Source of the DNA: Lytechinus pictus
Taxonomy: Eukaryota
Direction: 5' to 3'
DNA length: 64,000 nucleotides
Assembly: GCF_037042905.1 (NCBI RefSeq)
Contig: NC_087251.1
Span: 16,680,001 to 16,744,000 of the forward strand
In this document: positions 61,501-64,000 of the stretch, piece after piece
How positions within the stretch are numbered: the first letter of the stretch is position 1
Layout: each line of letters opens with the position of its first letter
Translations under genes and position numbers: made by a program
Notes under the pieces: model-generated
Databases searched by the model: none
What the model was told of the DNA's origin: nothing
Seen by the model: the letters and a program-made list of their open reading frames with translations, nothing else

Positions 61501-62792
61501 GTCCTCGAAGTATATATAGAGTCAAAAAGTTTTGGTGATGACACGGTATCGAGCAATGTCAGCAAACGTAGAAACCTTATGTACCAGGTATACCCGAAAA
61601 GCCTGAATAACAATGCATCACCCCGTCAAGAAAGTTCTTGTCAGTTTGTATAATGACGCAAGGAGGGGCAACAAGAAAAAGAAGGGTGAAAACCATTTGC
61701 GCGCCCAAATAATTTCGTTCGGAATGAATCGAGGTTAAGATAAACAATGGGTACATTGAATGATTGCCTTTAATCTCTTTTCTATAATCGTTTGAGGTTC
61801 CAAAAGGGCACTCTGTCTCGATCTCTTCACAAACATTGAATCACCGAGATCATGCACAATAGCATGGCAATAGCTATAATGCCTTAATTGGATTTGTAAT
61901 TTATGATACGGTCTGGATATATGTACACATCAACTTACGAACTCTTAATTTCTGGAGAATAGTTCTCTGCGAGGTGGTGAAACTGGATCGACAAGCAAGT
62001 GTTATGTTGTGTTAAGCGGGTGTTAAGATGGCATACCTTTATTTGGAAACTCCACTGTCTTGATTGGGAGTTGGACAACAACATAATCACCACATGATAT
62101 TCACGGAACATCTGGTGTAGTAATCATTAATCAACTAATCTCACAAGCAAGTCATACTCTGAATGACATCCATATAGGCCTGTACATTATGTGAACTTTC
62201 AGTTATATGCCTGGCTTTATATCCACACTCTCGAAATTTCCGTATAAGAAGAGGCAAGTGCAATCGCTATTGTTTTTACCGACCCGGATACAAAAGGGAG
62301 TGTGCGCATAAAAAAATCCAATCCCAGCTAGGAATATCATTCTGAGTCATCAATGGAGTTTGATACGTCCCTTGTGATACTAACGAATAGATTCGAAACC
62401 AGTACCTACCGTGACTATCAACGAGCAGATAGAGTGATATTTATACAGATTATCATCAGAAACACTAAATGGGCATGATTGTGGTGAGCGATATACACTG
62501 AAGTCTTGAAAACAAGCCATATTTTTCCATGGGCACGATGTTTTAGCACTATCGATATTCGTGCGTTGTATACCTCAGAGCTCAGAAAGTTGCTGATAAT
62601 GTCAGCGAATACTTCCATGATATCACATCGAAAATAAAAAGCAATGTGTTACAGTCATTTCACGGATATTGAACTCATGCATGATCTACGCCATCAACCT
62701 TAATTAGGCATCCGGCACGTGTGGGGGAATCGATATATTACATCTTGCAGTTTGAGAAGTTTTTAGAACTCGAGTTAGAGGCGGTGGTCGTC

Positions 62793-63132
62793 ATGGAGCA
62801 GAACGCATGGCAGACGAGGACACACCTCCTTGCCGTGCTCGTCATCTTCTGGATCTACCTCTTCATCGGCGCTTTGATCTTCACTTCCATCGAAAGGCGA
62901 CATGCGGACAATCTCCATCATAGATTCCTCCACACCGCCATCGATTTCGTCGCCAACAACTCCTGCGTCGATCATGGTGACCTGCAGACCTACTCCAATG
63001 TCCTGATCGATGTCTATACCGGGGGACTTCGATGGACCACCGATCAAGGCTTCAATTCATCAAAACATCATTATCATCATTGGGATCTTGTAGATTCACT
63101 CTTCTTTTGTGCAACGGTCGTCACCACTATAG
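62793..63132 (+). CDS. two-pore-domain K+ channel (K2P/KCNK, TREK-like): M1, cap and P1 up to TTIG; 3'-partial
   Basis: YLFIGALIFTSIE (M1), NNSCV (cap Cys), HWDLVDSLFFCATVVTTIG followed by G|gtatgg donor in the selectivity filter; gtcATGG start context; acceptor cttgcag| at 62750. Confidence 0.92.
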
Positions 63133-63288
63133 GTATGGCTTATTATTAAGTTTATTAATAAATCAAACGAGCAGGCCTGTATCATAATTTTATCTGGCCC
63201 CTCTGATCCGGGGGGCAAATACGCCGAATCATTCTGTTCTTTCTCGCTTTCTCTTAACTTTGCAAGGATGAATGCGTATAGCCAGCTG

Positions 63289-63545
63289 GGCCCTGTCTTA
63301 CAAAGAGTTACAATTGATCCAATCAATCGTGACTTTATGGAAATCCATCATACATATTCTTCCTACAGGAATTTGCACAATGTCCTTTGTAAACAAAGAA
63401 ATGCACAGCGAAATTTCAAGAAAACAAGAAATGAATGAATATGCATCAAAATGAGAAAATAATAGGAACAATCATTCATAATAGATGTTGACGCTGCTGG
63501 CCGTCCATAGTTGTGATTGATCGCAACTTGCTGTAAGACGGGGCC
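63289..63545. mobile_element. Harbinger-like MITE in the K2P intron
   Basis: ggccctgtcttacaaagagttacaattgatc / gattgatcgcaacttgctgtaagacggggcc. Confidence 0.7.
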
Positions 63546-64000
63546 TCGGGTCGGGGTCTAGGTCTGACATCCCTTTAATTCAATTTAACCAACATCAACA
63601 TAATTACTTTCAATTCATATTCTCAACTAAAAGAAAATACATCGAAACATGATAAAACAATTATCAAAGTACACAGTCGATACGATGTCTTTAAAAAAAC
63701 ATGCAGAGAGGAAGTCTGTCAAAAGAAGGTTCTATTCCAAGCTCACGATCCAACATATTGATTTGAAGCCAGGAAATAATAATCACTACAACAAGCACGT
63801 GATGATTTATGAAATATTAAACAATTGATATTTATACCATGAGATAATTATATTCAATCAATGTTGACTCATAAGTAAATTTGAATAAAACTAAATTCAC
63901 CTATATTGACTTTTAAATCAATTTTATCTGACGATGGATAAGCATTATGTGCTTTATTGTTCCTCGTGCCGATTTAAACATAAGCACTGGTGCACTTAAA

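Overview
AT-rich animal genomic DNA, most likely an echinoderm such as a sea urchin (inferred from repeat types, not provable here). About 48 kb is one + strand gene, a MAPKBP1/WDR62-family WD40 scaffold protein whose 5' end lies upstream of the window. I traced 29 GT-AG exons (1762..48320) with consistent splice phases, totalling 5667 nt (1888 aa plus stop). A first visible coding exon of a TREK-like two-pore K+ channel (K2P/KCNK) lies at the right end (62793..63132). Introns and the intergenic spacer hold many non-autonomous DNA transposons (Harbinger-, Kolobok-, Tc1/mariner-, hAT- and Helentron/HINE-like); none encodes a transposase. The most notable signals are: (i) a triplicated half-exon with a chimeric middle copy interrupted by a hAT-like element with a 6-bp TSD; (ii) a phase-0 'switchyard' at 27.7-32 kb with tandem donors, candidate micro-exons, candidate internal first exons and a candidate early stop exon, which could separate the WD40 half from the C-terminal half; (iii) a HINE tandem array carrying perfect nuclear-receptor DR1 plus IR1 sites; (iv) a His-rich extracellular loop in the K2P channel. 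No rRNA, tRNA, CRISPR or prokaryotic system was seen.
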